The notes: a model not told the origin generated them from the sequence alone. Shown: positions 20,987 through 30,460, numbered from the stretch's first letter. The stretch is DNA of 64,000 nucleotides from an uncultured Clostridium sp. (GCA_964554365.1 CAZKOJ010000004.1:469-64468); one strand, 5' to 3'. Translations and numbers: made by a program.

Positions 20987-21517
20987 ATGAAAAATGCATA
21001 TTTAAGTAAAAAAGAAAAGTCTAAAATTATTTCTATAGTTGCAACAAAGTCAGGTACAGGCAAAACTACTTTAATTGAAGGACTAATTAAAATTTTAAAA
21101 GAAAGAAATTATAGTGTTGGAGTGTTAAAACATGATGCCCATAAATTCGATATAGATAAAGAGGGTAAAGATTCTTATAGATTTGCAGAAGCAGGAGCGG
21201 ACAATGTAATTATTGCGTCTAAAGAAAAGTTAGCTATGGTACAAAGATTAAAAGAAGAAAGAACTATTGCAGACATTCTTCCTCTTTTTAATAATTTAGA
21301 TATTGTAATTGTTGAAGGTTTTAAAAACAATGACTATCCTAAAATAGAGGTACATAGAAAAGGTGTTGATGATAAATTACTTTGTAATAATCCTAATTTT
21401 AACATTTCAAGTTTTATAGCATTAGCTAGTGATGAATTATTAAATGTAAACATTCCAGTTTTAGACATAAATGATATTTCTTCTATAGCTGATTTTATAG
21501 TTAATATCAAACAGTAG
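20987..21517 (+). CDS. mobB: Molybdopterin-guanine dinucleotide biosynthesis protein B
   Basis: SGTGKTTL P-loop, LKHDAHKFDIDKEGKDS, VEGFK. Confidence 0.92.
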   Translation: MKNAYLSKKEKSKIISIVATKSGTGKTTLIEGLIKILKERNYSVGVLKHDAHKFDIDKEGKDSYRFAEAGADNVIIASKEKLAMVQRLKEERTIADILPLFNNLDIVIVEGFKNNDYPKIEVHRKGVDDKLLCNNPNFNISSFIALASDELLNVNIPVLDINDISSIADFIVNIKQ

Positions 21518-21554
21518 ATATTAGTTAAATGTTGATTATTGGTTACAGACTTTT

Positions 21555-21761
21555 ATCAAGTGATTCTTAGACTTAGGTGGAGTTTGCTTATGACACTGGG
21601 CAAATTACTGGTTGACACCAGCAAATATGCCCGTTAAATGACATTTAGGCATTTAACCTCTCTCCATCTAAGTCTTAGAAGAACTTATCTAGGGGCGTAG
21701 CAGCCGTCATCCCCCACCTTGAAGAGGATGGGGGTGTTACGGATGATAGCCATCGGATAAA
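21555..21761 (+). repeat. Structured dispersed repeat, copy C, between mobB and fdhD
   Basis: TTCTTAGACTTAGGTGGAG...CTCCATCTAAGTCTTAGAA..TTATCTAGGGGCGTAGC..CCCCCACCTTGAAGAGGATGGGGG..CATCGGATAAA. Confidence 0.8.
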
Positions 21762-21809
21762 GGTCAAATCATAAATTACAAACTGTAAATTTAGAAAAGG
21801 AGTCTGATT

Positions 21810-22604
21810 ATGGATAAAACGTTAAAATGTAAGGTATTTAAGCTAGATGGAAATGAAAAAAGCTTTTCAGATGAATTATTAGTATGCGAATATCCCTTAA
21901 CAATTTTACTTAACAAGAAAAAGATAGCAACACTTTTATGCAGCCCAGAAAATCTTAAATTTTTAGCATTAGGTTTTTTAAGGACAGAACAATTAATTAC
22001 AACATTGGATGATGTTACTCATTTTAATTTGGATGAGAAACGAGGAATTGCAGAAGTAGAAACTAAGGATAAAAATATATATGTTAAAAAATTCCAATCT
22101 AAAAAACTTAGTATTCAAAAAAACGAAGAAGGCTATGAAAACAATAGTTCAGAGTTTTTGGATTCAATGAATTGTGAACCTGTACATAGTGACATTATTT
22201 TGACTACGGATAAAATTTATAAGTTCATGGAAAGCAACCTTAACTATTCAGAAACTTTTAAGAAAACTGGAGGGGTACATAGCATAGCTTTATGTGATAC
22301 GGACAATGTAATAGTTACATGTGAAGACGTGGCACGTCATAATGCTATGGATAAGGTTATAGGTTCAGCACTTATAAATAATATTTTTTTAAAGGATAAA
22401 ATAATGATATTAAGTGGAAGAGTATCTCTAGAGATGATACTAAAATCTGCTAAACTTCAAATACCGATCATTATATCAAAATCTGCACCAACTAGCTTAT
22501 CAGTGAAATTAGCTAAAAAGTTAAATATAACTTTAGTAGGTTTTGTTAGAGGAAATAGAATGAATATATATGCAAACGAACATAGAATACAAATGGAAGA
22601 TTAG
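21810..22604 (+). CDS. fdhD: Formate dehydrogenase accessory sulfurtransferase FdhD
   Basis: EYPLTI, TGGVHS, EDVARHNAMDKVIG, SGRVSLEM, SAPTSL, GFVRG. Confidence 0.92.
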   Translation: MDKTLKCKVFKLDGNEKSFSDELLVCEYPLTILLNKKKIATLLCSPENLKFLALGFLRTEQLITTLDDVTHFNLDEKRGIAEVETKDKNIYVKKFQSKKLSIQKNEEGYENNSSEFLDSMNCEPVHSDIILTTDKIYKFMESNLNYSETFKKTGGVHSIALCDTDNVIVTCEDVARHNAMDKVIGSALINNIFLKDKIMILSGRVSLEMILKSAKLQIPIIISKSAPTSLSVKLAKKLNITLVGFVRGNRMNIYANEHRIQMED

Positions 22605-22616
22605 AAAGGTGATAAG

Positions 22617-23207
22617 ATGATGAAGACTACACTTAATTCTTTTGTTGTAGCTAATCCTAATAAATGTATAGGATGTAAGGCTTGCGAAGTAGCTTGTTTT
22701 GCAGCTCATAATAAAAGTAATAATGTTGGAGCTACAATTGGTACGGTTACAACGCCTATTATACCTAGATTATATACTGTTAAAACTGATAATTTCACTG
22801 TGCCTGTTCAGTGTAGACAATGTGAAGATGCACCTTGTGCTAATAGTTGTATAGTAGGAGCTATAAAACAAGAAGGAAATTCTATAATCATAGATGAAAA
22901 AGCATGTGTAGGATGTAAAAGTTGTTTACTTGCATGTCCTTTTGGAGCTATAGATTTATTACCACAATATAACAATGGACAAGAAGTTTTTCAAATTAAT
23001 TTAAAAGAAGAGAGTAAGTATGGTTTAGATTATAAGGAAAAGATTATTGCTTATAAATGTGATTTATGTAAGGAAAGCGGTGAACAAGCATGTATAAATG
23101 CATGCCCTAAAAATGCTTTAACGTTGATAACTCCAATGCAGGAGAAAAAGCACCGCAATAAACAAGCAGCAACAGGTTTATTACAGACTATAAAAAATTA
23201 CAAATAA
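22617..23207 (+). CDS. hycB: HycB/HydN-type electron-transfer subunit with four [4Fe-4S] clusters
   Basis: CIGCKACEVAC, CRQCEDAPCANSC, CVGCKSCLLACP, KCDLC..ACINACP; basic C-terminal helix. Confidence 0.85.
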   Translation: MMKTTLNSFVVANPNKCIGCKACEVACFAAHNKSNNVGATIGTVTTPIIPRLYTVKTDNFTVPVQCRQCEDAPCANSCIVGAIKQEGNSIIIDEKACVGCKSCLLACPFGAIDLLPQYNNGQEVFQINLKEESKYGLDYKEKIIAYKCDLCKESGEQACINACPKNALTLITPMQEKKHRNKQAATGLLQTIKNYK

Positions 23208-23259
23208 TTGATGAGGCAATTAACAACTATTCTTTGCAACAATATATGGAGGTAATTTT

Positions 23260-24636
23260 ATGAATATAATTAACATAGATAAAGAACTATGTACGGGATG
23301 CAGACAATGTGCAGAGGTCTGTCCAGTTGATGCTATAGAAGGAAAGCAGGGAGATCCTCAAAGTATAAACACAGATCTTTGTGTTTTATGTGGACAATGT
23401 GTACAAAAATGTAGTGTATATGCTTCAAGTTTTGATGAAAATATAACACCAAGAGCTATGAAATTAAATGAAAGAAATATGCTACCAAGTATTCAGGAAC
23501 CACTTTTTGCAGCTTATAATATGGGACAAGTAAATCAGGTGAAAGAAGCATTAAAAAACACTAATCTTTATAAAATCGTACAATGTGCTCCAGCAGTAAG
23601 AGTTGCACTAGCAGAAGAGTTTGGAATGGAATTAGGATCACTAACTCCAGGAAAAATGGCAGCAGCTCTTCGTCGTCTAAATTTTAATAGAGTATATGAT
23701 ACTAATTTTGCCGCTGATTTAACTATTATGGAAGAAGGCAGTGAATTAATAAAAAGAGTAACAGAAGGAAAAAATTTACCTATGTTTACTTCTTGTTGTC
23801 CTGCTTGGGTTAAATTTGCTGAACAAGAATATCCAGAACTTTTAAATCATCTTTCAACCTGTAAATCACCACAACAAATGGCAGGAGTAATGTTTAAAAC
23901 TTATGGAGCTAAAATTGACAATGTAGATGCAAACAAGGTTTTTAGTATAGCTATTATGCCTTGTACATGCAAACAATTTGAGTGCGATAGAGAAGAAATG
24001 AATGTCAGTGGATATAAAGATGTAGATATAGTTATAACTACTAGAGAGTTAGCTAATCTAATCAAGGATATGGGCATTGACTTTGTAAATCTTCCAGAAG
24101 AAGATTTTGATGCACCTCTTGGAACTTACACTGGTGCAGGAAATATATTTGGTGTTACAGGAGGTGTTATGGAAGCAGCTCTTAGAACAGGATATGAGCT
24201 CATTAGCAAAAAAACTATCCCTAGCTTAGATTTAGAATTTGTAAGAGGGGGAGAAGGGTTAAGAATTGCTTCAGTTAAAATTGATGATCTAGAATTAAAA
24301 ATTGCAGTAGTTTCAGGCTTAAGAAATGTAGTACAAGTGCTTGAAAGTGTAAAACAAGGTAAATGTGATTTTCACTTTGTAGAAGTAATGACTTGTCCAG
24401 AAGGATGTGTAAGTGGTGGTGGGCAACCTAAACTTCTTTTAGAGGAATATAGAAAAATTGCTTATAAAAATAGAAAAAAATCAATTTATAACCATGATTC
24501 TAAGTTAGAATTAAGAAAATCTCATGAAAATCCAGCTATTAAAAAAGTGTATGAGGAATTTTTAGGTGAGCCATTAGGACACAAATCACATAATCTTTTA
24601 CATACTAAATATGTTTCTAGAAAGGAGCAAAAATAA
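23260..24636 (+). CDS. hydA: [FeFe]-hydrogenase (H-cluster plus two [4Fe-4S]), HDCR HydA2-like
   Basis: H-cluster motifs FTSCCPAW, MPCTCKQFE, EVMTCPEGCVSGGGQP; N-terminal CTGCRQCAEVCP and CVLCGQCVQKC. Confidence 0.93.
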   Translation: MNIINIDKELCTGCRQCAEVCPVDAIEGKQGDPQSINTDLCVLCGQCVQKCSVYASSFDENITPRAMKLNERNMLPSIQEPLFAAYNMGQVNQVKEALKNTNLYKIVQCAPAVRVALAEEFGMELGSLTPGKMAAALRRLNFNRVYDTNFAADLTIMEEGSELIKRVTEGKNLPMFTSCCPAWVKFAEQEYPELLNHLSTCKSPQQMAGVMFKTYGAKIDNVDANKVFSIAIMPCTCKQFECDREEMNVSGYKDVDIVITTRELANLIKDMGIDFVNLPEEDFDAPLGTYTGAGNIFGVTGGVMEAALRTGYELISKKTIPSLDLEFVRGGEGLRIASVKIDDLELKIAVVSGLRNVVQVLESVKQGKCDFHFVEVMTCPEGCVSGGGQPKLLLEEYRKIAYKNRKKSIYNHDSKLELRKSHENPAIKKVYEEFLGEPLGHKSHNLLHTKYVSRKEQK

Positions 24637-25208
24637 TGAATACTTTTGTTGTTGCGGACCCAAATAAATGCATAGGCTGTAGAACTTGTGAGGTAGCTTG
24701 TGTAGTAGCTCATTCAGAAAATAATATATTTACTTCAAAAAATGAGGATATAGATTTTAATCCACGTTTAAGTGTTATAAAAACAGCACAAGTAAGTGCA
24801 CCTATTCAATGTAGACATTGTGAAGATGCACTCTGTGCGAATGTATGTCCAAATGGTTCTATAGTTAATAAAGATGGAGTAATATATGTAAATAAAAACA
24901 CTTGTATTGGATGCAAAACTTGTCTTATGGCATGTCCCCTAGGAGCTATTGATTTGGTTACAGACTATAATAATGGAGAAAAAGTATTGCAAAAGGGTTT
25001 AAAGTTTGATCATAATAATAAATTATTCTTTAAAGAAAAAATTATAGCTAATAAATGTGACCTTTGTATAGGCAGAGAAAGTGGACCAGCTTGCGTAGAA
25101 GTCTGTCCTACAAGTGCCTTTAAAATAGTCAAGGCTAATGATCTAGATAAGTCCATTAAAGAAAAAAGAAGACAAGTTGTAATGGAATTAGTAAATATGT
25201 CTAAATAA
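24636..25208 (+). CDS. hycB: Second HycB/HydN-type four-[4Fe-4S] subunit
   Basis: CIGCRTCEVAC, CRHCEDALCANVCP, CIGCKTCLMACP, KCDLC..ACVEVCP; coupled to hydA through TAATG. Confidence 0.85.
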   Translation: MNTFVVADPNKCIGCRTCEVACVVAHSENNIFTSKNEDIDFNPRLSVIKTAQVSAPIQCRHCEDALCANVCPNGSIVNKDGVIYVNKNTCIGCKTCLMACPLGAIDLVTDYNNGEKVLQKGLKFDHNNKLFFKEKIIANKCDLCIGRESGPACVEVCPTSAFKIVKANDLDKSIKEKRRQVVMELVNMSK

Positions 25209-25347
25209 ACAAATAAGTAAATCTTCATTAAAAATAAAAATTCATTGGATAGAATTATTTGTAGATAGTGAATACATCAGGTATAGTAAGGAAAATTGTA
25301 AATACATGGTTGGGATATGTTTAAGGTTGAATAATTATAGCTAGGGA

Positions 25348-26322
25348 GTGGGGGAAAACATAAATATGATAGATTCATATGAAAGAAATATAAATTATTT
25401 AAGAATATCTATAACGGATTTATGTAATTTAAGATGTAAATATTGCATACCTAAAGAGGGGATACCAAAAATAAACCACAATGAAATTTTAAGCTTTGAA
25501 GAAATAGAAGAAATAACAAAGGTATTTGTATCTTTGGGCATTAATAAAATAAGAATAACAGGTGGAGAGCCTTTAATTAGGAAAGATATTTTAAGGTTAA
25601 TAGAAAATATAGGAAAAATTTATGGGATAAAAGATTTTGCGCTTACAACAAATGGAATACTATTAAAAAAACATGCCAAAGATTTGAAAGAATTAGGTCT
25701 TAATAGAGTAAATATAAGTTTAGATACATTAAATGCTGAAAAGTATAAGGAAATAACTAGAGGCGGAGATATTAACCAAGTATTAGAAGGTATAGAAGAA
25801 GCTAAGAAGGTAGGACTTTCCCCTATAAAACTAAATGTGGTTTTAGTTGGTGGATTCAATGAAGATGAAATAGAAGATTTCGTTAAACTAACTGTAGAAG
25901 ATAGTATAGAGGTTAGATTTATTGAGTTAATGCCTATAGGACAGGCTAAGGAGTGGTCTTTAGATAAATTTATATCTAATAAGAAAGTACTGGAAAGAGT
26001 TTCGGAATTAAAAGAGATTCCAAACCAGGATGTTTCATCTCCTGCCAAATATTATAAGCTGCCTAATTCAAAGGGAAAGGTTGGACTTATAAACTCAATT
26101 TCATGTAAATTTTGTGATAATTGCAATAGAGTTAGATTAACGGCAGATGGGAAAATTAAACTTTGTCTACATTCTAATGATGAAATAGATTTGAAAACTC
26201 CTTTAAGAAAAGAAGAAGATATAAAAGATATAATTATTAAAGCAATAAAACAAAAGCCTAAATCCCACAATTTAGAGGATGGAGAATATATAGCTAGAGA
26301 TATGATAGCTATAGGAGGATAG
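25348..26322 (+). CDS. moaA: GTP 3',8-cyclase MoaA (start 25348 or 25366)
   Basis: YLRISITDLCNLRCKYC, RITGGEP, FCDNCNRVRLTADG..KLCL, C-terminal IGG. Confidence 0.95.
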   Translation: MGENINMIDSYERNINYLRISITDLCNLRCKYCIPKEGIPKINHNEILSFEEIEEITKVFVSLGINKIRITGGEPLIRKDILRLIENIGKIYGIKDFALTTNGILLKKHAKDLKELGLNRVNISLDTLNAEKYKEITRGGDINQVLEGIEEAKKVGLSPIKLNVVLVGGFNEDEIEDFVKLTVEDSIEVRFIELMPIGQAKEWSLDKFISNKKVLERVSELKEIPNQDVSSPAKYYKLPNSKGKVGLINSISCKFCDNCNRVRLTADGKIKLCLHSNDEIDLKTPLRKEEDIKDIIIKAIKQKPKSHNLEDGEYIARDMIAIGG

Positions 26323-26333
26323 AAAAGTCAAAG

Positions 26334-26432
26334 ATTCTGAGAATACTTTGTGGTAAGTGAAGAGCCATAACCTGCACATAGTAAACGATGTAAGGGTTAT
26401 GGCTCTTCACCTACCATAAAATACATCAGAAT
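26334..26432. repeat. About 100-bp imperfect palindrome at the end of the fdh/hyd cluster
   Basis: Perfect 16-bp arms GTGAAGAGCCATAACC (26357-26372) / GGTTATGGCTCTTCAC (26395-26410); imperfect pairing extends to ATTCTGA / TCAGAAT. Confidence 0.75.
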
Positions 26433-26488
26433 ACTAACACTTCAGGTGTCTTATCTTTTTCAAACTTTAAAAAAAATATATTTGTATA

Positions 26489-26518
26489 TGTAACCTTTTA
26501 TATGTTAAGCTTGTCTAA
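26489..26518 (+). promoter_or_regulatory. Probable autoregulatory ECF-sigma promoter
   Basis: TGTAACC-17 bp-GTCTAA (AAC...GTC ECF pattern) about 30 bp upstream of the sigma gene. Confidence 0.6.
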
Positions 26519-26549
26519 TTTATGTAACAAGTAATAGAGAGGTGAGGAA

Positions 26550-27083
26550 ATGAATGATACTGACATAGTTATTAAAGCTCAAAAAGGAGATGATAATTCA
26601 TTTTGTGAATTGATAAATTGTTACAAAGAAAGGCTTTACAAAACAGCCTTTGCCTACTTAAAAAATGAAGATGAGGCTTTAGATATTGTAAGTGATACTA
26701 TTTATAAAGCCTATATGGATATAAAAAAACTAAAAAAACCTGAATTTTTTAACACTTGGATTACAAAGATACTTATAAATAATGCTATAAATAGATTGAA
26801 AAAAAATAAAAAAATTATTTTAATTGATGAATATGAAAAAATTGATAAATTTACAGAGAATGTTTCAGATATAGGTTTGGATATACCTAAGTACATTGAT
26901 CTTTACAATGCTATTGATAATTTAAATGTAAAGTCAAAAAGTATAATAATTTTAAAATATTTTCAAGATATGACTATTTCTGAAATATCAAAAGTTCTTG
27001 AAATTCCAGAAGGAACTGTAAAAGTTTATATACATAGAGCATTAAAAAAATTAAAAATTGATTTAAAGGAGGAATTTGATTAA
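26550..27083 (+). CDS. ECF-type RNA polymerase sigma-70 factor
   Basis: Region 2 (LYKTAFAYL..ALDIVSDT..FNTWITKILIN) and region 4 (EISKVLEIPEGTVK..IHRA). Confidence 0.92.
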   Translation: MNDTDIVIKAQKGDDNSFCELINCYKERLYKTAFAYLKNEDEALDIVSDTIYKAYMDIKKLKKPEFFNTWITKILINNAINRLKKNKKIILIDEYEKIDKFTENVSDIGLDIPKYIDLYNAIDNLNVKSKSIIILKYFQDMTISEISKVLEIPEGTVKVYIHRALKKLKIDLKEEFD

Positions 27084-28319
27084 ATGGATTTTAAGCCAGA
27101 AAATGGATTCGAACAAATAAAAGTTTCGGACAAACTAGATGATGTAGTGGAAAAAGCTATAAATAAAGCTAAAAAAGATAGGAAAAAGAGAAATCTAAAA
27201 ACAAAGTTCATTAAGTATAGTATGGCTGCAGCATCAATAGCTATTATATGTATTAGCAGCATTAAATATATACCAGTTTTTGCTCAGGCAGTTAGTAATG
27301 TTACTATGGGACCAGCCATAAATCGTGAATTACAGTTTCATTATGATAAAAACATAGGAACTGCAGTTAAAGAAGGAGTATCGCAGCATGTGAATGAATC
27401 TAAAATAGATGAAAATATAAAAGTTACTATAAACAACATAGTTGGAGATGATAAAAAATTATTCATTTTTTATACATTAAATGGCAAAATGAACAAGGAA
27501 GGACTTAAAAATCTTCTTTTGCAAAATTTTAAAATAAGTGATGATGAAGATAATACTCTTTTAAATAGTACTTCTAATTATTATTCTAAACTTCCACCTA
27601 TGTTAAATAATGAGGAAGGAGAATTCCTATTAACATTTAATAAAAGATATAGATGCATAGTTACCTCTCTTGGTAATAATATTAAAAATTACGGACAAAA
27701 TCAGGAAACTTATGGATGCATAGAACTATCAACTTATGGTGGTTCTAAAATACCTAATGAATTAAATCTAAAATTATTAAGTTTTACGGAAGTTTATAAA
27801 ATGAGTTATTCAAAAGAAAAATATGAGGATTTTCTTTCTGAGTTTAAAAGAAATCCAATGAGCATAAATGGAGATTGGAATTTTCATTTGTATATTGGAA
27901 AAAGATTAAAATATGAAAAACCAGAAACGTATAGTAATATAAAATTTCATACAAATTATACAGACTTTGATATAAAATCTTTCAAAATATACCCTACACG
28001 TATTGAAACAAGAATAGAGTTAGGAAATAACAAAGTAGACTCACTACAATGTTATTCTATAGGAAGTGTATCTACAAAAAATGGAAAAATAAATAATAAC
28101 AAATTACCTTATTTAATTGATGAGAAAGGTAACAAATATATCCTTTCGGATGATGAAATTAGTGAACTAGATTCTGATAAATGTTTGAATTTAACTTTTG
28201 AAAGTTGTTATTTTAATCATTCAAAAGAACTGTACTTAGTAATAAATCAGTTGAATTATAATGATGGTTCCGAAAATTCAGTACAAAATATTGATGAAAT
28301 GAAAATAAGAATAAAGTAA
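27084..28319 (+). CDS. Putative anti-sigma factor, DUF4179-type
   Basis: Abuts the sigma gene; short cytoplasmic N-terminus, single TM ending PVFA, large extracellular domain. Confidence 0.7.
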   Translation: MDFKPENGFEQIKVSDKLDDVVEKAINKAKKDRKKRNLKTKFIKYSMAAASIAIICISSIKYIPVFAQAVSNVTMGPAINRELQFHYDKNIGTAVKEGVSQHVNESKIDENIKVTINNIVGDDKKLFIFYTLNGKMNKEGLKNLLLQNFKISDDEDNTLLNSTSNYYSKLPPMLNNEEGEFLLTFNKRYRCIVTSLGNNIKNYGQNQETYGCIELSTYGGSKIPNELNLKLLSFTEVYKMSYSKEKYEDFLSEFKRNPMSINGDWNFHLYIGKRLKYEKPETYSNIKFHTNYTDFDIKSFKIYPTRIETRIELGNNKVDSLQCYSIGSVSTKNGKINNNKLPYLIDEKGNKYILSDDEISELDSDKCLNLTFESCYFNHSKELYLVINQLNYNDGSENSVQNIDEMKIRIK

Positions 28320-28322
28320 GAA

Positions 28323-29315
28323 ATGAGGAATATTTCAATGGCAAAAAAAACTTTTTCGATAAAAAAAATTGTGGCATTTGTTCTTTATGTGACTTTTTTT
28401 ATAGGAGTTACTTCCCCGTTTTTTGTATTATATGGTCCTTTTAATAATGTAAAAAAGGCCTTAGTAGGTATGGTTCTTGGTTCTAGACATAGATATTTAG
28501 TAGAAATGTTTTTATCAAAAGCTTCAATTGAAGAAATCGCAGGAAAGGAAAAAAATAATACTTCAAAAATTGATGAAGATATTAATAAAGTTAAGATAAA
28601 GTATAAAAATGACGCAGAAATAATTAAATATGATATAAATACTAAGAAATTTGATGGATATCTTTTAGAAATAAAAGATCCTACTAGAATAAAAATTGCC
28701 TATACAAAACATTCAAACAAAGGGCAAAAAACAAGTGAAATGGCTAAAGAAAGAAATGCTGTGGCTGCCATTAATGGAGGCTCTTTTGTAGATAAAAACT
28801 ATGCTGGAGTTGGATCAACCCCAGGAGGATTTGTTATTTCCAAGGGACAAGTTATATACAAAGATTGTGATGAGGATACTCCAGCAAATGTAGTGGCTTT
28901 TACAAAAAACGGAAAATTAGTAGTAGGTGATCATAGTATAAATGAACTTAAAGATAAAGATATTGATGTAAGTGAAGCAGTATGTTTCTTGGCGCCTACT
29001 TTAATTATAAACGGAGAAAAACAAATAAGGGATCCACAATGTGATGGTTCTAATCCAAGGACAGCAGTAGGACAAAAAGAAGATGGTACAGTATTATTTT
29101 TGGTTACAGATGGTAGAAAGAACATAGTGAAGTTAGGTGCAAGTCTTTATGATTTGCAGGAGATATTATTCGACCATGGTGCAGTTAATGCTGGAAGATT
29201 AGATGGAGGATATTCAAGTACAATGTATTACGATGGTGAAGTGATTAATAGTCCTAATGAATGGGATGGAGAAAGAACAGTTCCTACTGCTTTATATGTA
29301 GAACCAGTGAAGTAG
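28323..29315 (+). CDS. Phosphodiester glycosidase (NAGPA/DUF2233, EpsL-like) family protein
   Basis: AAINGGSF, NPRTAVGQ, VTDGR, LDGGYSSTM motifs; N-terminal TM. Confidence 0.85.
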   Translation: MRNISMAKKTFSIKKIVAFVLYVTFFIGVTSPFFVLYGPFNNVKKALVGMVLGSRHRYLVEMFLSKASIEEIAGKEKNNTSKIDEDINKVKIKYKNDAEIIKYDINTKKFDGYLLEIKDPTRIKIAYTKHSNKGQKTSEMAKERNAVAAINGGSFVDKNYAGVGSTPGGFVISKGQVIYKDCDEDTPANVVAFTKNGKLVVGDHSINELKDKDIDVSEAVCFLAPTLIINGEKQIRDPQCDGSNPRTAVGQKEDGTVLFLVTDGRKNIVKLGASLYDLQEILFDHGAVNAGRLDGGYSSTMYYDGEVINSPNEWDGERTVPTALYVEPVK

Positions 29316-29377
29316 TAATGAAATGAAAAATTATTTTAAATACTGATGTAGATAATTATATAGGGAGTTGTAGTATA

Positions 29378-30460
29378 ATGAATTTATTTAAAAAATTATT
29401 AATTTGGAGTGTAATTGCAGTGTTCATTGAATCTATAATGTTTTTTTCTCTTGATAGAATTTATGCAAAATCACTTTCAGGTTATAAAGAAGTAAAAAGT
29501 GTTCAAAAAACAAGTAAAAAAACATATAATGATGTTAAAGTTCCTGAAAATGCAGAAAATATAGAAGTTTCATATGATGGAAAATACATATCTTATTATG
29601 AAGATAAGGTACTAAAAGTAGTTAATTCTGAAGATGGGAAGAGTCAAAGCATAGATACTAGTAGCAATGTGTCTATCTGTTATTTTAAATGGATTCCAGA
29701 TAGTAATTTGATTTTAATTTGTGAAAAAGATAATAAAAATAGAATAAATTTTTATAAATATAATCCTAGCAAAGATAGTAAAATTCAAATAACTGACCAC
29801 GATATGAAACCATTAATAATCCAAGCTAATAGTAAAAATGACAAAGTAGAAAATATTGTTACATCCACAGACAGTCATGTAATGTATACAAAAGTTTTAC
29901 ATAGTAATGGTAAAAGTGATATATATAGAGGAAATGTTATGAATCAAACCGAGAAAATTAAAACTTCTAATAATGAAATAGGTAATATTTCAATGTTAAA
30001 CCTTGCTTCTGATCTAATATATGAAGATAAAGAAGAGGACGAAATAAAAAATGTAGTTCAAAATGTAACTAAAAATAAAAAAGGTGAAGAAAAAAAATCA
30101 ACTAAGATTTATAGCATTGAATTTGATGATAATAATAAAAAAGTTTTATTAGGTACAGATGCTGAAGATAAAATATATATAGGAATGCTTGAAAAAGGCA
30201 AAGTAAGCAAAATATTATTTGGAGATTTAAAAACTCCTATAGATAATTGGAAAAGTTTAAAATTACCAGAAATAACAGATAAAAAAGATATAATTATAAC
30301 TAAAGAAGGCGACATATATATAAATGACCAGTCCAAAGGATATGTTAAAAATTTAGTATCTAATACGGAAACAAAATATAATGGGACCTTTATAGGAATA
30401 CAAAATAAAAATATATATAATCTTTCTGATAACAAAGTAAGTAGAACAGCACTAAAATAA
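29378..30460 (+). CDS. Membrane-anchored hypothetical protein, possibly a beta-propeller
   Basis: N-terminal TM; VSYDGKYISY and FKWIPDSNLIL blade-like motifs. Confidence 0.55.
   Translation: MNLFKKLLIWSVIAVFIESIMFFSLDRIYAKSLSGYKEVKSVQKTSKKTYNDVKVPENAENIEVSYDGKYISYYEDKVLKVVNSEDGKSQSIDTSSNVSICYFKWIPDSNLILICEKDNKNRINFYKYNPSKDSKIQITDHDMKPLIIQANSKNDKVENIVTSTDSHVMYTKVLHSNGKSDIYRGNVMNQTEKIKTSNNEIGNISMLNLASDLIYEDKEEDEIKNVVQNVTKNKKGEEKKSTKIYSIEFDDNNKKVLLGTDAEDKIYIGMLEKGKVSKILFGDLKTPIDNWKSLKLPEITDKKDIIITKEGDIYINDQSKGYVKNLVSNTETKYNGTFIGIQNKNIYNLSDNKVSRTALK

Noticed and set aside
12275-21761. CRISPR array, tRNA or known riboswitch as the explanation for the GC-rich intergenic repeats
   Set aside because: Copies are dispersed rather than regularly spaced, show no cloverleaf, occur in both orientations and sit both after and before unrelated genes.
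22617-25208. Electron-bifurcating Hyt/Hyl-Fdh complex or membrane-bound formate hydrogenlyase
   Set aside because: No NuoE/NuoF-like flavin or NAD(P)-binding subunits and no membrane or [NiFe] subunits in the cluster.
25209-25347. Moco/Wco riboswitch upstream of moaA (or mobB)
   Set aside because: I could not find a convincing conserved multi-stem structure; an Rfam scan would settle it.
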